This document shows positions 45,401 to 59,100 of a stretch of 64,000 nucleotides of DNA, in pieces. The stretch is from the NCBI GenBank assembly GCA_965235115.1, contig OZ249450.1:7254001-7318000 (forward strand), given 5' to 3'. The notes beneath the pieces are model-generated. The model was not told where the DNA came from. It saw only the letters and a program-made list of their open reading frames with translations, and did no database searches. Every line of letters begins with the position of its first letter. Within the stretch, counting starts at the first letter, position 1. A program made the position numbers and the translations under genes. Source of the stretch: Laetmonice hystrix (taxonomy: Eukaryota).

Positions 45401-48400
45401 TCGTCAATGACACATTGAGGATCAGTCATATACCAACGGTAACACTCATCGTCTATGACACATTGAGGGTAGGGCATATACCAACGGTAACACTCATCGT
45501 CAATGACACATTGAGGATAAGTCATATACCAACAGTAACACTCATCGTCAATGACACATTAAGGATCAGTCATATACCAACGGTAACACTAATCGTCAAT
45601 GACACATTGAGGATAAGTCATATACCAACAGTAACACTCATCGTCAATGACACATTGAGGATAAGTCGTATACCAACGGTAACACTCATCGTCAATGACA
45701 CATTGACGGTAGGTCATATACCAATGGTAACACTCATCGTCAATGACACATTGAGGATAAGTCATATACCAACGGTAACACTCATCGTCAATGACACATT
45801 GAGGATCAGTCATATACCAACGGTAACACTCATCGTCAATGACACATTGACGGTAGGTCATACCAACGGTAACACTCATCGTCAATGACACATTGAGGAT
45901 CAGTCATATACCAACGGTAACACTAATCGTCAATGACACATTGACGGTAGGTCATACCAACGGTAACACTCATCGTCAATGACACATTGAGGATCAGTCA
46001 TATACCAACGGTAACACTAATCGTCAATGACACATTGAGGATCAGTCATATACCAACGGTAACACTAATCGTCAATGACACATTGAGGATAAGTCATATA
46101 CCACTGGTAACGTCATCAATGACACATTGAGGATAAGTCATATACCAACGGTAACTCTCATCCTCAATGACACATTGAGGATAAGTCATATACCAACGGT
46201 AACACTCATCGTCAATGACACATTGAGGATAAGTCGTATACCAATGGTAACACTCATCGTCAATGACACATTGAGGATAAGTCATATACCAACGGTAACA
46301 CTCATCGTCAATGACACATTGAGGATCAGTCATATACCAACGGTAACACTCATCGTCAATGACACATTGACGGTAGGTCATACCAACGGTAACACTCATC
46401 GTCAATGACACATTGAGGATCAGTCATATACCAACGGTAACACTAATCGTCAATGACACATTGAGGATAAGTCATATACCACTGGTAACGTCATCAATGA
46501 CACATTGAGGATAAGTCATATACCAACGGTAACTCTCATCCTCAATGACACATTGAGGATCAGTCATATACCAACGGTAGCACTAATCGTCAATGACATC
46601 AAAGACATGAAAGGGACGCAGGTCTTGAGGAGTAGAACTGAGGGATAGAGTGACGGTTGACTTACAGGAACCATCCAGGACGACGTCGTTGGGTTCATTC
46701 ACCGTTTGTGACTTTGGTTTGATGACAACAACTGGTGCTGCATTTTTATGGGCCGCTGTAAGAAATCACACACTTATCTCAGTAAGCAACCCAAACTACA
46801 CCCGTTTTAATTAAGTCAACTCTTTCTAGATTTATTATTTAAATTCACAAATGTTAATGCTAATGTGGAACAGAAATGCTGGCTCAATCAAAGTACAATT
46901 TGAATTGTTTCCCAAGGTTACGTCTCATCCTAACTTACCATTGAGGACGGTGACATTGACCAGGGCGTCTCCGTACTTCCCATCTGCAGACACAGCCACC
47001 TTAAACGTGTACACTCCCGCTATCAGCTGGAAACAGAGGAGAAACAGGGGTGAGAAACTCGTCAGAAAGAAAATTCCGAGGACATTATGATCATATTTGA
47101 TATAATTCCGCAGTCCTTTCAAATAGTTCTACTAAAGTTATTTTAAATTTTGATTTTAAGAATCCAGATAACAATGATCAGTTTCAGCTTAGGGTCAACC
47201 TGACATGCTGAATGTGACCTTGAACTGACCTTGGAGAGGGTCAGGGTTGCCGAGTTGATGCCCTGCATCTGTCCAACCTGGTCACCATCAGGGTGTGAGA
47301 TCAATGACCACGTGTACTTGTACTCCCCTGTTTACAATGTGAAGGGCACACAAAGGTCATCAGCTCCTTGTGAACTCAAGAGTCTGGGACTCTACTATAC
47401 GCTACCACCACCAACTTCAGGTTCTATGATCAATTAATGAGAATCATACATAGACACCACCAGGAATTTCTGAGGTATCTTCTCTGTTACAGGCATGAGA
47501 CGAAAAAACGGGGGGAAAACATTAGAAACTAATCAATGAAAATACATTTGATATTTAACCCAAAATAAATGAGAATACCCATCTCCCCCTGTTACGAGTT
47601 TTGGGTGAGATGGGTCTTTGTGGAACTTACCCTTTTTCTCTCCCTCAGGGAGCACATACGCCGAGAGAGAGATGTCGTTTTCTGGGAGGGTAAGGACTTT
47701 CTCATTGCCAGCTGACACGACCAACGGTTTGACTGCAACACATAAACATGGCAACTTCTCATTGGTCACTGTCTAGCAACAAGAACCCATGGCAACTTCC
47801 GAGCAACAGGAAACCATGGCAAACTCCTAGCAACAGGAAACCATGGCAACCTCTTGGCAACAGGAATCCACGTCAATCTCTAGCAAAGATCTTGAGTGGA
47901 AAATAGGCAATAATCGGTTCCTGCCTTCATAAATCTTCAGACTTTCTTCTTGTATCGCACTGAAAGTCGATAAATAAATGAAACATTGTACTATAGCAAT
48001 AAGGCATGTACTCAAGCTCAATCTTGTATGAGTATACATTACTTATTATATCCATGCGGAAGAGAACGACTTTTAACAGAAGATATACATGACACTGAGG
48101 ACTTTCACTCAGGAATGAGACGACCTTTATTCTACTGTTTTGCAGATGTACTGATCTCGTTTTTTTCAGGGCGGGCGAGGGGATATTTGACTGGAAGCAG
48201 TAATAGGGCAGCACTCTCGAGTCACGATAAATTCCGTAACCTTTCCATGAATAATCCCGATTTTCAAGGACCAGTGGACAGCCATAAAAGGTCACCAAGA
48301 ACACAGAACCTGATAGTCCTTGAGAGACCGAAAAATTATGTTATCACCAGAAAGGGACACTCGGGAACCCTGCAGTTAATGCTCAGAGATAACACGTCGT

Positions 48401-51400
48401 TCTCCAATCACTGCATCTGGTTCCCAGTGGAGTTTCTCTATAACATGGGTCAATGAGTGCACGTGAGGATGGTTACCATGAAGAACGCGCACCCGGAGCT
48501 CGTTGGGATAATGCACACTCAGTGTGATTATACAGAAAGACGCCTGAGGATGTTGCGACTATGGTACACCAGTTGTTTTTAAGAGTCCTCCCAGTCTGCC
48601 ACGCTCAGGTGCATGCCCCTGGCCTCAACCAATACAACAGGCACCTGCATGTTACAACCCCCCCCCCCCCATCCCCTGCCCCAGGGACACACCCTCATAT
48701 AACAGATGATGAGGGAAGCGGGGAAGAATCAGTTTAAGGCGATTCCATGCTGATGTATTATATCCTACCTAAGCATACAACAGTAAGGACCCCCCCCCCC
48801 CCCATTCCTGGTCACACACAGATGCTGGAGGCCCACAATAATGGAATACCGACACTTAGAAACCAATCATACATGTGATCTACCTACTACATGCTGGTCC
48901 CTTATTATTGGCTATCTCACGGACATTTCAATGGCATTTCTTTCAGGGTTGTTAATAAACAGGATTGCATGATGGGGTTCCTTACCATTAACTTATACAT
49001 GTACCAGGACACTAAGACAAGAATCCTTGTTTCGCCAGGGAGTTACGGACATATACTTACCCTACTGGGGCAGACGGTATTAGCTTCGCTTACGGGACGC
49101 TTAGCTAGGACCTGGAGAATGGTAGGCTTACTTGGGAAAGTTGCGTGCTTACCTGGAGACACCCCGAGGTTACCTGGAGAAATTGGTTGCCCAGCGGGCC
49201 AAGCATTTCCGACTGAAGTTACCATGAGAGGTAGCCACAGCAGACCTGTCCAGGCAGCGGCCCGTCCTGCTGCCATGGCAACCAATCCATTCTGTCGCTT
49301 CACCATCAGTCTAAAGCTACCATTAAATAAAGTGTAAATTCCGAGAGAAAAGATTGGGCTGGGCGGTCCCAGAGTCCGGCCAGGTTTTGCCAGTCGCCCT
49401 AAGAGAAGATCCTGTTATCCGACTTTTGCAAGTGCACCCCGATTCGGAACTCGCCCACTTCAACTTTCCGACTTGAGTGACTTTCTCTTCGATCACATCA
49501 CTTGAAATATGAATTCTGACCCTCATCATTTGTCAGGGAGATGTTTTTGCTGTAGACACAAGTCGTTTACCGTATTGAAAGCCTTTTGTGCCTCCATTGT
49601 CGTGGGTCGGGACCATGCGGGCCGAGGCGGGGGTTGATTCCTAAAGCCGCGGCCAGATGGCGCTCTTCCTCTTGTTCAACAGGTGGCCGGCCACGCGTTT
49701 AGACAAGGACGCCCGCGTCCCCAGTGGATCATACCGGTAGATCCCTTGGGCCCGGGTCCTGCCACACCCTACGCTTGATCGCATCTCACATCTACAATAC
49801 TATGAATACCATCGGACTCACGGTTCAGAATACCTGAATGCCAATATGTATCACAGTAGATATTTATTAAACATTTATCTATTTATGGTCCAGCCATTGT
49901 TTATTCAAATTTCACTAGAATGTCACTTCGTTCTGAAATTCAAGATAACTTTTCCTTGATCACCCAAACCGTGTCTGGTCCCCCCCAACTGTTGCTGGAC
50001 TGTGACGTGTGTTGTGACGTATGTTTGCCACCTCATCCTCCTGTCACTAGACATGTATGTACAGTTATCCATACGCAGCACCACCAGTGTGAGTTACCGA
50101 CTTCGAGTCTCAGGCCGACCCGCGCGCCCCCTGTGGGGCTCCAGCTCAACTACTGCTGGCCGGCTGCACGTGGCCCCGGTCTGACCCCACGATAAGCTCG
50201 CAATGCCGCTGTACGTTCAGTTGTCTCAGTGAACCCAATCTACGACAGTTCTCCGACGGCTGGAGCCAGCAGACAGTCACTACATATTTGTATGGATCTA
50301 TCACCAACAGACGCCACTTCGACACACTCTCTGGTCAGTTGGGATCCCGGCACGCCTCGACCAGGGCCGTCATGGTCACGTTCACACAGCTGGTGACATA
50401 CTAGCAGCCAGGTTTTCCAGTTTGTTCCTGAATTAAAGGTATAAGATCATCCGGGCCGGCCGGCCGGTTTGTGATGTCTTAGAACCGACTGCCATAGCCT
50501 ACATGACATCCGACTGACCTGTGGCTGTGCAGCAGCTATCTGTACGGAGGGTTTTCATGGAGGATGGACTGGCCACGTGGGCCACGTCACGTGACTGACG
50601 GAACGCCCGGGCCTGGACGCTCAGAGTCAGGACGTGTACGATAGTGTCATTCACAGATAGACCACAGTGACAGAAGGTACGAGTAGGATCCATACATACA
50701 ACTGGTCGGAGATACTCGGATCATCCTGCCTCTGGCGATCATCCTGCCTCTGGCGGTCCAGTGGTGATGGGGTTCTGGGGGTTAGTAAGTGACATATCCC
50801 TCTGTGACAAGTCCCCCCGAGTGTGAGTAGATCTACTCTCAGGTGTGAGTCGGCCTATCCCTGGGTGTGACTATCCCCGGTATAGAGTCGGCCTATCCCT
50901 GGGTGTGGCTATCCCTGGTTGAGTCGGCCTATCCCTGGGTGTGAGTATCTCTGGTTGAGTCGGCCTATCCCTGGGTGTGAGTATCTCAGGTCGAGTCGGC
51001 CTATCCCTGGGTGTGAGTATCCCTGGTCGAGTCGGCCTATCCCTGGGTGTGACTATCCCTGGTTGAGTCGGCCTATCCCTGGGTGTGACTATCCCTGGTG
51101 GAGTCGGCCTATCCCTGGGTGTGACTATCCCTGGTTGAGTCGGCCTATCCCTGGGTGTGACTATCCCTGGTTGAGTCGGCCTATCCCTGGGTGTGAGTAT
51201 CCCTGGTTGAGTCGGTCTATCCCTGGGTGTGAGTATCCCTGGTTGAGTCGGCCTATCCCTGGGTCTGACTATCCCTGGTCGAGTCGGCCTATCCCTGGGT
51301 GTGACTATCCCTGGTCGAGTCGGCCTATCCCTGGGTGTGACTATCCCTGGTTGAGTCGGCCTATCCCTGGGTGTGGCTATCCCTGGTTGAGTCGGCCTAT

Positions 51401-54400
51401 CCCTGGGTGTGGCTATCCCTGGTTGAGTCGGCCTATCCCTGGGTGTGAGTATCTCAGGTCGAGTCGGCCTATCCCTGGGTGTGACTATCCCTGGTTGAGT
51501 CGGCCTATCCCTGGGTGTGAGTATCCCTGGTTGAGTCGGCCTATCCCTGGGTGTGAGTATCCCTGGTTGAGTCGGCCTATCCCTGGGTGTGACTATCCCT
51601 GGTTGAGTCGGCCTATCCCTGGGTGTGACTATCCCTGGTTGAGTCGGCCTATCCCTGGGTGTGACTATCCCTGGTTGAGTCGGCCTATCCCTGGGTGTGA
51701 CTATCCCTGGTTGAGTCGGCCTATCCCTGGGTGTGAGTATCCCTGGTTGAGTCGGCCTATCCCTGGGTGTGGCTATCCCTGGTTGAGTCGGCCTATCCCT
51801 GGGTGTGACTATCCCTGGTTGAGTCGGCCCATCCCTGGGTGTGAGTATCCCTGGTTGAGTCGGCCTATCCCTGGGTGTGACTATCCCTGGTTGAGTCGGC
51901 CTATCCCTGGGTGTGAGTATCCCTGGTTGAGTCGGCCTATCCCTGGGTGTGACTATCCCTGGTTGAGTCGGCCTATCCCTAGGTGTAAGTATTCCCGGTG
52001 AGTCAGCCTATCCTTGGGTGTATCCCCCATAGTAGGGGCATTCTCGGGTGTGAGTAGACCTATCCCTGGGTGTGAGTAGGTATATCCCTGGGTGTGAGTA
52101 GGTATATCCTTGGGTGTAAGTATCCCCGGTAATGGAGTATCCCTGTGGATGGGCAGGCCCTTATATCCCTGGCTGTCGAATATCCAGGCTGGGTGTGGGT
52201 ACAGTATCGAGAGACTCTGACATCCTTGGAGTTCTCACCATCACCGAGTCCCACCTCACCACTCCGGGTAAATCACATCCCGAACGCCAGGCTGATGTCA
52301 CCGGACATGCATCCTGACTGAGCCACCTGGCGGCGTCTGCAGTAACTTCTTCTGGATCTTTGTCGTAATGGATCCCTGTATAGGGACCTATTGATCCTTT
52401 CAGGGGACACAGCTAAAAATTCTCACACAAGAATTAAGCGAGACGTAGTGCTGGAATGACAACTGTTGGTAGACGAGTCCTGCGAGTCTCTGATATCTGT
52501 AGTCCCTGCCAAGCCGACTGACCGGCCGGCCGGCAAGTCGAGGCGTTCCCGCCGGGAGTCACCGTTCCCACGGGACACGGCCAGCACACGCTCTGCCAGC
52601 CGTGTATGCGTGTTAGCACGCGCACTACACGTGCGGCACCAACCACAGCCACCACCAGGGTGAATCACTGGCTCCCAATACCTCGTACCAATACACACCA
52701 ACCTACATTGTAGGCCCAATCATCAGGATTGTATGCATGTCTGCCCACTTATCAGGATTGTATGCATGTAGGCTCACTTATCATCAGGACTGTATGCATG
52801 TAGGCCCACTTATCATCAGGATTGTATGCATGTAGGCCCACTTATCATCAGGATCGTATGCATGTAGGCCCACTTATCAGGATTGTATGCATGTAGGCCC
52901 ACTTATCATCAGGATCGTATGCATGTAGGCGCACTTATCATCAGGATCGTATGCATGTAGGCCCACTTATCATCAGGATCGGATGCATGTAGGCCCACTT
53001 ATCAGGATTGTATGCATGTAGGCCCACTTATCATCAGGATTGTATGCATGTAGGCCCACTTATCATCAGTATCGTATGCATGTAGGCGCACTCATCATCA
53101 GGATCGAATGCATGTAGGCCCGGTCATCAAGATGTAGGTCCACTTAGATCTATCATCAGGATCGTATGCATGTAGGCGCACTCATCATCAGGATCGAATG
53201 CATGTAGGCCCGGTCATCAAGATGTAGGTCCACTTAGATCTATCATCAGGATCGTATGCATGTAGGCCCACTCATCATCAGGATCGAATGCATGTAGGCC
53301 CGGTCATCAAGATGTAGGTCCACTTAGATCTATCATCAGGATCGTATGCATGTAGGCCCACTCATCATCAGGATCGTATGCATGTAGGCCCACTTATCAT
53401 CACAACAGCATACATGTAGGGGTTCAGGGCTGACTATGTGTTTACTGCGTCCCCCCAATATCAATTAGTTAATTAATCCGATACTTTCCCCCTGTGGCTC
53501 TGGTCAGGCAGGTGGGGGTGGGGAGGGGGGATGTGGGCGTCCCCGCCTACCTGGATGAGTTTGTCATGGAGGGTATAATTATATAAAATACCAATAATAT
53601 ACCATCATATCATGAACGCCACCCCCGCCTCACCCCATGTCTGCCGCCTTACCCCATGTCTGTCTGCCACCTCACCCCATGTCTGCCGCCTCACCCCATG
53701 TCTGCCGCCTCACCCCATGTCTGCCACCTCACCCCATGTCTGACACCTCACCCCATGTCTGACACCTCACCCCATGTCTGCCACCTCACCCCATGTCTGA
53801 CACCTCACCCCATGTCCGCCGCCTCACCCCATGTCTGCCACCTCACCCCATGTCTGCCGCCTCACCGCATGTCTGACACGTCACCCCATCTCTGACAGCT
53901 CACCCCGTGTCTGCCGCCTCACTCCATGTCTGCCGCCTCACTCCATGTCTGCCGCCTCACCCCATGTCTGCCACCTCACCCCATGTCTGCCGCCTCACCC
54001 CATGTCTGCCACCTCACCCCATCTCTGACACCTCACCCCATGTCCGACACCTCACCCCATGTCTGCCACCTCACCCCTGTTTAATAACAACCATCCGTAC
54101 AAAATGAACATCCTGTACAATAATCTCTTCCACCACGTCTGTCGGCAATGAGAACAATGTCCTGCTCAGACATAACAAGGGTATAATATCAGGCTGACCT
54201 ATATGTAACCTATATAGCAAATGTTTGATACCATTACTTAAATTTTCTAATTATTTAATTCTCCACATATTCACTATACATTTTCATGAGTTATTTCCTT
54301 CAAAAATACGGAATTTTCACTGGTTTTCTGGACTCTGGGAACTTTTTGAAAACGTTTATTCCTGACCATGACATGAAATATAATGCCGCCCTCCATATTA

Positions 54401-55870
54401 ACTCGATGGCGAGACAGACAGTCAGAAATATGTATGTGGCGTGGTTTCACACTATCTAACCCCTTGTTTCCATGACAACGACATGCCGCTGATATCAGGA
54501 TGATATTATAATTGGAGTGCAAATATTCTGCACCAGTTCATACTATATACGAGGGTTAGCAGAGTGTTATGACAAACTTTTAATCAGCCCAAAATTAACA
54601 TACCAGAATAACATTTCATCGTACCTATCTGATACTGTGATAGCCAATGTTGTCGTAAATAACAATTCTAATATAGCGTGGGGGGCCTACCATTGGAATG
54701 GACAGGCTGAGGGTAATACCCCGCCTCTTTCTGTGTTGGATGAGTAGTTTGACAAAGTCAACTCGTGTAGGCTGGAGGTAGTGGGTTTGACCTATTGTCG
54801 ACCTGTAGCCACCTCCCGACCACCAGATGGTGCCACGGTCGGTGGGTCAGGCGGAGGCCGGGTACGCATGTACCAGACGGGTGCGTGTCGTGTGCAAACA
54901 CCCACCAGCACAGTCAGTAGATCCAGACTGCTCGCCCCGCGCCTGCGGTATATTCAAAATCATACATTTTGTTCTGCACACGTCTACAAAAAACTGATGT
55001 CAACTTTATGGGGTATATTTAGCATTAGACAGAAGGGGAAAATGGTTCCATTGCAAATCTACCCCCCTAACCTTTACCTCTAGCCTATTTAATGATTTCA
55101 CTATTAACCCTACTTTTATTTAAGTCAATATCATCAATATCAACCTCATATTGCCAGCCATCAGCTTCAGTTGATGGACAGGTGGCCAGGAATTGTCTTT
55201 TGAGGTGGTCTTGTCCCTAAGTCCACAAGCTATAGTTTTCAGAGATACAGTCTTTTCTCTGTTCTATTTACGCATAGAATCACACTGATAGTTTTCACAG
55301 AACAGAGGAATGTAGTCCACTTGAAGTGCTACAGACATCACATAGGCACCTTTACTGATCTAGATAGGTCACTCTGAGTTGTAGATGTGTCCGGCATAGG
55401 CTTTTCTGATAAATTCTCAGAAAGTAGCTTTTGGACAAATATTGACTACAACATGTACATGTATTTGAATTCCCGTGATGACGTCAGCACGGGCGGGCGG
55501 GTGGGTGGGCTCTGGAGGGAAGGCAGACAGAGACCAGGAGGATTAGTCACTTTGATCACAGATTACAGAGAGTTCACGTTGTTGTACAACAACCGTTCCT
55601 TTACAGATCAACAACAAATTACAAGTATTATCGGGATCTGGTACAAAATTTCATGTTAGTTCTGATGTCTGTACCACTTTAACACTTAAGGACAAGTGCT
55701 AGTGTGAGGCCAAAAATTTGTTTGAGACAGATTTTTTTTAAATTTTGCAGATAAACAGAGTATGTTGTCCTCTTTCAAAATTCAGCAAAAAAATGATACC
55801 TCACGGGCTTAGTTTTTTTGTTAGGAGCGTTTGAAGTTGGTATTTTCTTCATGTTAATGAATACAGTTTG

Positions 55871-55907
<37 letters not shown>

Positions 55908-55943
55908 TTTTTTGTCAGAACGGTGTTACGACAAATAGAAATG

Positions 55944-55976
<33 letters not shown>

Positions 55977-56108
55977 CAGAAAAAAAAAAATTTGACTTTG
56001 AACATTTTCACTGGCGTAAATGAGCAAAAAGTGAAAATGTTCAAAATCAAACTTTTTTTTTTTTTTTACCACTTCTATAACTTGGAGACCGTTATGACAA
56101 ATAGAAAT

Positions 56109-56143
<35 letters not shown>

Positions 56144-59100
56144 AAACAGTAATTAGTAATTAACATGACGAACATATCAATTTCAACAGGGATGAAAGTG
56201 GCCAGCTGTAAAATTTCCTGAAATTCTGACCGGGGGGGGGGGGGGAGCGGCGGGGGCCAATGTCCATAATTAATATTTGTTCATGCGCACATCCAAGGCT
56301 TACCCCCCCCCCCCTTAAAAAAAGTCAGGCTAGGAACAGCAGACAATCATGATCCAATAAGGCCTCCTAGCTATTATATATTATAGGGCCTAGCCCTCAG
56401 TATTTAGTCGCCACCCCCCCCCCCCACCCCCCACCCCTCAACCCCCCACCCCTGCTCAGCGGCTCTCAGCCAAGCAACACAGGCTTCGCTGAGTCGAGTG
56501 GTTCAGCCCGTGTGTCCATGTGCCACTCATGTTGTTGTGAAAATTGTCACTTCCGGTCTTATCAGGACACCTGCACTGATCGACAAATGTAATGAAAAGT
56601 CCTGACAACCCCAAAACTTCAGTGAAAACCACTTACGTAATGCCACTCTCCTCAAATTTATATGCAAGAACACATTATGAGAACTTACTGACATATATAC
56701 TAGGCAGATTCATAGAACTAAATTGACCCAGTTTCCTGTGAGGAGTGACATTGTGATGGTGCGTAGTTCGTCAGCCTAATCACTATCACCGGGACTAGAC
56801 AGACCGGTCTGTCTATAGTCTCGTTGCTATCACTAAGTAAGCGCTCAGGCAAAACTCGCGCATGGATATGGCATAATGGCAAGCCTGAATCAACGGGCTT
56901 CGCAGCTGCCTGACCATCAATTTTGCCTGAAGTCATTACCTGAGGTGAGTCGCTCTCACCACAGCGACACGGGGCCGTGCCTGCCAGACGGGACAGACGC
57001 CACCGCGTGCCGGTAGAAGTCAGCCCACGCGGGCCGGTCTATGTGAGCGATGTCACCACAGCTACAGGGACCAGCACCCCCGGCAGACCGGCCTATGCAC
57101 GGTGGCACCCGTGACACTGGACGGGTTTGAGACACTCTAATATCCCCATCTATAAACGAACTTTGGCAGGTAGAGATATATTGAGCTGCATGGTGTTAAA
57201 AAACGTCCTGGAAGGGGATATTGTTTCATTTGATATTAATTGCCCACCACACAGTCCAGGGCAATACTTAGCCTTGGCTTAGGCCTACCTCTTTTGCCTA
57301 TAGATCTAGGCCTATTTCCTTTTTTGGGTGTTATTTCTTGGGGGGGGGGGGGATTTTCCTGATTTCAGGAAATTTCCTGAAAACTTTCATCCCTGTTTCA
57401 AACGCTCTTAACAAAAAAAGTAACCTGGTGAGGTATCATTTTTTTGCTGAATTTTGAAAGAGGACAACATACTCTGTTTATCTGCAAAATTTAAAAAAAA
57501 TCTGTCTCAAAAAAATTTTTGGCCTCACACTAGCACTTGTCCTTAAAACGTAACAGAGATGTTTGATTTGAATGCAGTATTTGTACAGGTCATTAGGTTT
57601 ACATATAATTCCGTTACACATCTATTCCTGTAATGTTTTCAACAGAGTCTATTTCAGGACTAACCTCTTCCCATGTATTACTCAACATCAATGTCTACCT
57701 CATATTGTCAACCATCTACTTCAGTTGATAACAATATGATTTTTTATTCTAGCATATGGTATAGACTTCCAGATCCAACACAAGATGTTCATCCAGGCAT
57801 AAAGTGGGCTTTAGAATATCTAATTAACTTCTCAAAAGGGTTGTGAATTGTAATTCCGTTATGGTGGAATTGCCATAATGTAAAAACTCACTGTTTCAGA
57901 CAACATCATAATCTGAAATAAATGCACTTTATTGACTGTTTATCATCCCAGGATTTCTATGTAAAAACCTTTGTTTACATACACACATGCTGTCCTCCAT
58001 TCCATCCGCCAGCTTAGCCCGCTCACTGGATCCGAAACAGTTGAGTTTCACATTACCATATTGTACGCGACCATATGGGTAACTATAGTATGAAGCTGGG
58101 CGGGGCGGGGTTACCTGGCCAACCTGGTCAGGAGAGTGGAGAGTGTGAGACGGCCAGCAGGGCTGCTTCTTCTCTCTCTTTAAATCTCTCTGCTGTAGTA
58201 TTCACCTGGGGACAGTGACATTTACAAATGGTCCCTGGTCATAGGAAATCGACCCAGACAATGTCATCAATGGCCCCTGGCCATAGGAAATCGACCCAGA
58301 CAATGTCATCACTGGCCCCTGGCCATAGGAAATCGACCCAGACAATGTCGTAAATGGTCCCTGGTCATAGGAAATCAGCCCAGACAATGTCATCACTGGT
58401 CCCTGGCCATAGGAAATCGACCCAGACAATGTCATCACTGGTCCCTGGCCATAGGAAATCGACCCAGACAATGTCATCAATGGCCCCTGGCCATAGGAAA
58501 TCGACCCAGACAATGTCGTAAATGGTCCCTGGTCATAGGAAATCAGCCCAGACAATGTCATCACTGGTCCCTGGCCATAGGAAATCGACCCAGACAATGT
58601 CATCACTGGTCCCTGGCCATAGGAAATCGACCCAGTCAATGTCATCAGTGGTCCCTGGCCATAGGAAATCGACCCAGACAATGTAATCAATGGTCCCTGG
58701 CCATAGGAAATCGACCCAGACAATGTAATCAATGGTCCCTGGCCATAGGAAATCGACCCAGACAATGTCGTCAATGATCCCTGGACATAGGAAATCGACC
58801 CAGACAATGTAATCAGTGGTCCCTGGTCATAGGAAATCAGCCCAGACAATGTCATCACTGGTCCCCGGCCATAGGAAATCGACCCAGACAATGTCGTCAA
58901 TGGCCCCTGGCCATAGGAAATCGACCCAGACAATGTCATCACTGGTCCCCGGCCATAGGAAATCGACCCAGACAATGTCGTCAATGGCCCCTGGCCATAG
59001 GAAATCGACCCAGACAATGTCATCACTGGTCCCCGGCCATAGGAAATCGACCCAGACAATGTCGTCAATGGCCCCTGGCCATAGGAAATCGACCCTGACA

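Noticed and set aside
44240-46411. Long ORFs (VNDTLRISHIPTVTLI)n and their antisense
   Set aside because: 48-bp intronic minisatellite.
47986-49337. Plus-strand ORFs of 156 and 148 aa
   Set aside because: No motifs; one is simply antisense to the signal-peptide exon candidate.
50919-52001. 360-aa ORF (SRPIPGCDYPWL)n, and a CRISPR-like look
   Set aside because: 36-bp tandem repeat with no unique spacers, in a eukaryotic intron, with no cas genes.
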